DNA of 64,000 nt, taken from contig CAVQXP010000004.1 in NCBI GenBank assembly GCA_963717935.1, positions 608,001 through 672,000 on the forward strand. Reading direction: 5' to 3'. This DNA comes from Candidatus Eiseniibacteriota bacterium. GTDB taxonomy: Bacteria; Eisenbacteria; RBG-16-71-46. Positions within the stretch are counted from its first letter, which is position 1. Each line of letters starts with the position of its first letter. A program made the translations under genes and the position numbers. Shown here one piece after another: positions 63,286 through 64,000 of the stretch. Under the pieces are notes generated by a model that worked only from the letters and a program-made list of their open reading frames with translations, made no database searches and was not told the DNA's origin.

Positions 63286-64000
63286 ATGTCCCCCGCGCTG
63301 TCCGCGGCGCTTCGTTACACGGGCTCGGCGGCGGCCGCGACCGCGGCCCAGCTCGCGTTGCTGCTGGGCCCGGGGCTCGTGCTCGCCGCGCTCCTGCACG
63401 CGCTCTCGGGCTTCGTGGCCCGGCGGACGACCCGCACCCTGGGTGGCGCCGCGTACCTGCTCTTCGGCTGGCTGGGGACCGCGGTGCACGAGACCGGCCA
63501 TGCGCTCTTCTGCCTGCTGTTCGGCCACCGCATCACGGGCATCAAGCTGTTCGACTTCGCCCCGCGTGACGGCACCCGCGGCCACGTGAGCCACACCTTC
63601 GATCCCGCGAACCCGTGGCAGCAGGCCGGCAATTTCTTCATCGGCATCGGACCGATCCTCTTCGGGACCCTGGTGATCGTCGTGGCCGCGCGCGGGTTGC
63701 TGGGCGCGGAGGCGCTCGGGCGGATGACGGAGCCGCTGCCGGGTGGCGGACTCGTGCGCTCGGCCGGCGACGGGCTGGCACTGGCGGGCCACGTCGCCGC
63801 CGGCGCGGGCGCGGCGCTCGCCTCGCTTCTCCACCCGCACCGCCTGCTCGAGTGGAGGGCGTGGCTCTTCCTCTACCTGACCTTCGCGGTCGGCAGCTCG
63901 ATCTCCCTGAGCGGGGCCGACCTCAAGGGAGCGCTTGCCGGTTTCGCCACGCTCGTGCTCCTCGCGCTGCTCGCGAACCTCGCGACGCTCTGGCTGGGCG
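63286..64000 (+). CDS. Membrane metalloprotease-like protein (M50-like), partial
   Basis: Manual translation MSPALSAALR...GTAVHETGHALFCLLFGHRI...IGIGP; HExxH; no stop before window end. Confidence 0.75.
   Translation, partial: MSPALSAALRYTGSAAAATAAQLALLLGPGLVLAALLHALSGFVARRTTRTLGGAAYLLFGWLGTAVHETGHALFCLLFGHRITGIKLFDFAPRDGTRGHVSHTFDPANPWQQAGNFFIGIGPILFGTLVIVVAARGLLGAEALGRMTEPLPGGGLVRSAGDGLALAGHVAAGAGAALASLLHPHRLLEWRAWLFLYLTFAVGSSISLSGADLKGALAGFATLVLLALLANLATLWLG

Overview
Very GC-rich (by eye >70%) bacterial chromosomal window with about 51 coding regions (two cut by the window ends, one an internally deleted remnant). No rRNA, tRNA or CRISPR is recognisable. Secreted proteins with FlgD-Ig/T9SS-CTD-like tails, futalosine-type menaquinone genes and a Fibrobacter-like LexA box suggest an FCB-related candidate phylum such as Ca. 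Eisenbacteria (inference only). From left to right the window holds: the start of a Rieske/cytochrome b operon, a cation/H+ antiporter, assorted enzymes, three large secreted proteins, a GT51 transglycosylase, a Zn-ribbon-queE-queC-queD operon, a His kinase, an HD-GYP/HEAT pair, and the rpmH-rnpA-yidD-yidC-jag-mnmE-mnmG-rsmG-parA-parB block (two parS sites, no adjacent dnaA). After these come bactofilin, an aspartic protease-PDZ protein, lexA, a TonB receptor, ubiA/ubiX/ubiD-like genes, a BtpA-PfkB-PsuG cluster and an acyltransferase-SGNH fusion. The best candidate for an undescribed system is a stand-alone IS200/IS605 TnpA (Y1-HUH) homologue directly downstream of lexA. It has lost its catalytic residues but keeps an intact ORF, a strong RBS and its own LexA-box-like palindrome, and it is followed by a hairpin-rich 140-nt segment and a symmetric AT-rich operator island. 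Other oddities are charged tandem-repeat expansions in Jag and RsmG, a palindromic in-frame insertion in MnmE, and several apparent pseudo-enzymes.
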